DNA from: the human T2T-CHM13v2.0 reference genome, Homo sapiens | Assembly (NCBI RefSeq): GCF_009914755.1 | Contig: NC_060936.1 | Direction: 5' to 3' (one strand) | Length of the DNA stretch: 64,000 bases | In this document: positions 63,915-64,000 of the stretch, one piece after another | Layout of the letters: each line of letters opens with the position of its first letter | How positions within the stretch are numbered: position 1 is the first letter of the stretch | The notes under the pieces: generated by a model | Seen by the model: only the letters and a program-made list of their open reading frames with translations | The model's database searches: none | Told to the model about the DNA's origin: nothing | Made by a program: the position numbers and the translations under genes

Positions 63915-64000
63915 CATTCCCATTCCACAGATGAGGCCGCTGGGGCACAGAGAGATTGTGTTGCTTGCCCAGGGTCACACAGCTAGTATGCAATAATGAC
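63915..64000 (-). mobile_element. MIR (truncated by the window end)
   Basis: cccattccacagatgaggccgctggggcacagagagatt...ttgcccagggtcacacagctagt. Confidence 0.75.

Overview
This is primate, most likely human, euchromatic non-coding DNA: it carries AluY, AluS and AluJ elements together with MIR, L2, L1M, MLT1 and MER elements. I recognise no protein-coding gene, tRNA, rRNA, CRISPR array or classical CpG island, and the supplied ORFs look spurious (repeat-derived or chance). I cannot name the locus. Much of the window is decayed transposable elements; family calls are by eye from remembered consensus sequences, and boundaries are approximate except where TSDs or TIRs are visible. The best non-repeat signal is a candidate minus-strand spliced, probably non-coding transcript: TATA box at 19615-19621, exon 1 at ~19592-19494 ending in AGG|GTAAGT, exon 2 at 18933-18691, and possible distal exons at 15067-15009 and 4173-4115. 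Other notable items are a very old RTE-like reverse-transcriptase relic (~35.9-36.3 kb), a 5'-inverted (twin-primed) L1MA, a MER53 hairpin with a 38-bp stem, a degenerate ~16-bp minisatellite, and several enhancer-like motif clusters. All functional claims are inferences that need expression, conservation or ChIP data. Nothing here demonstrates a new biological system.
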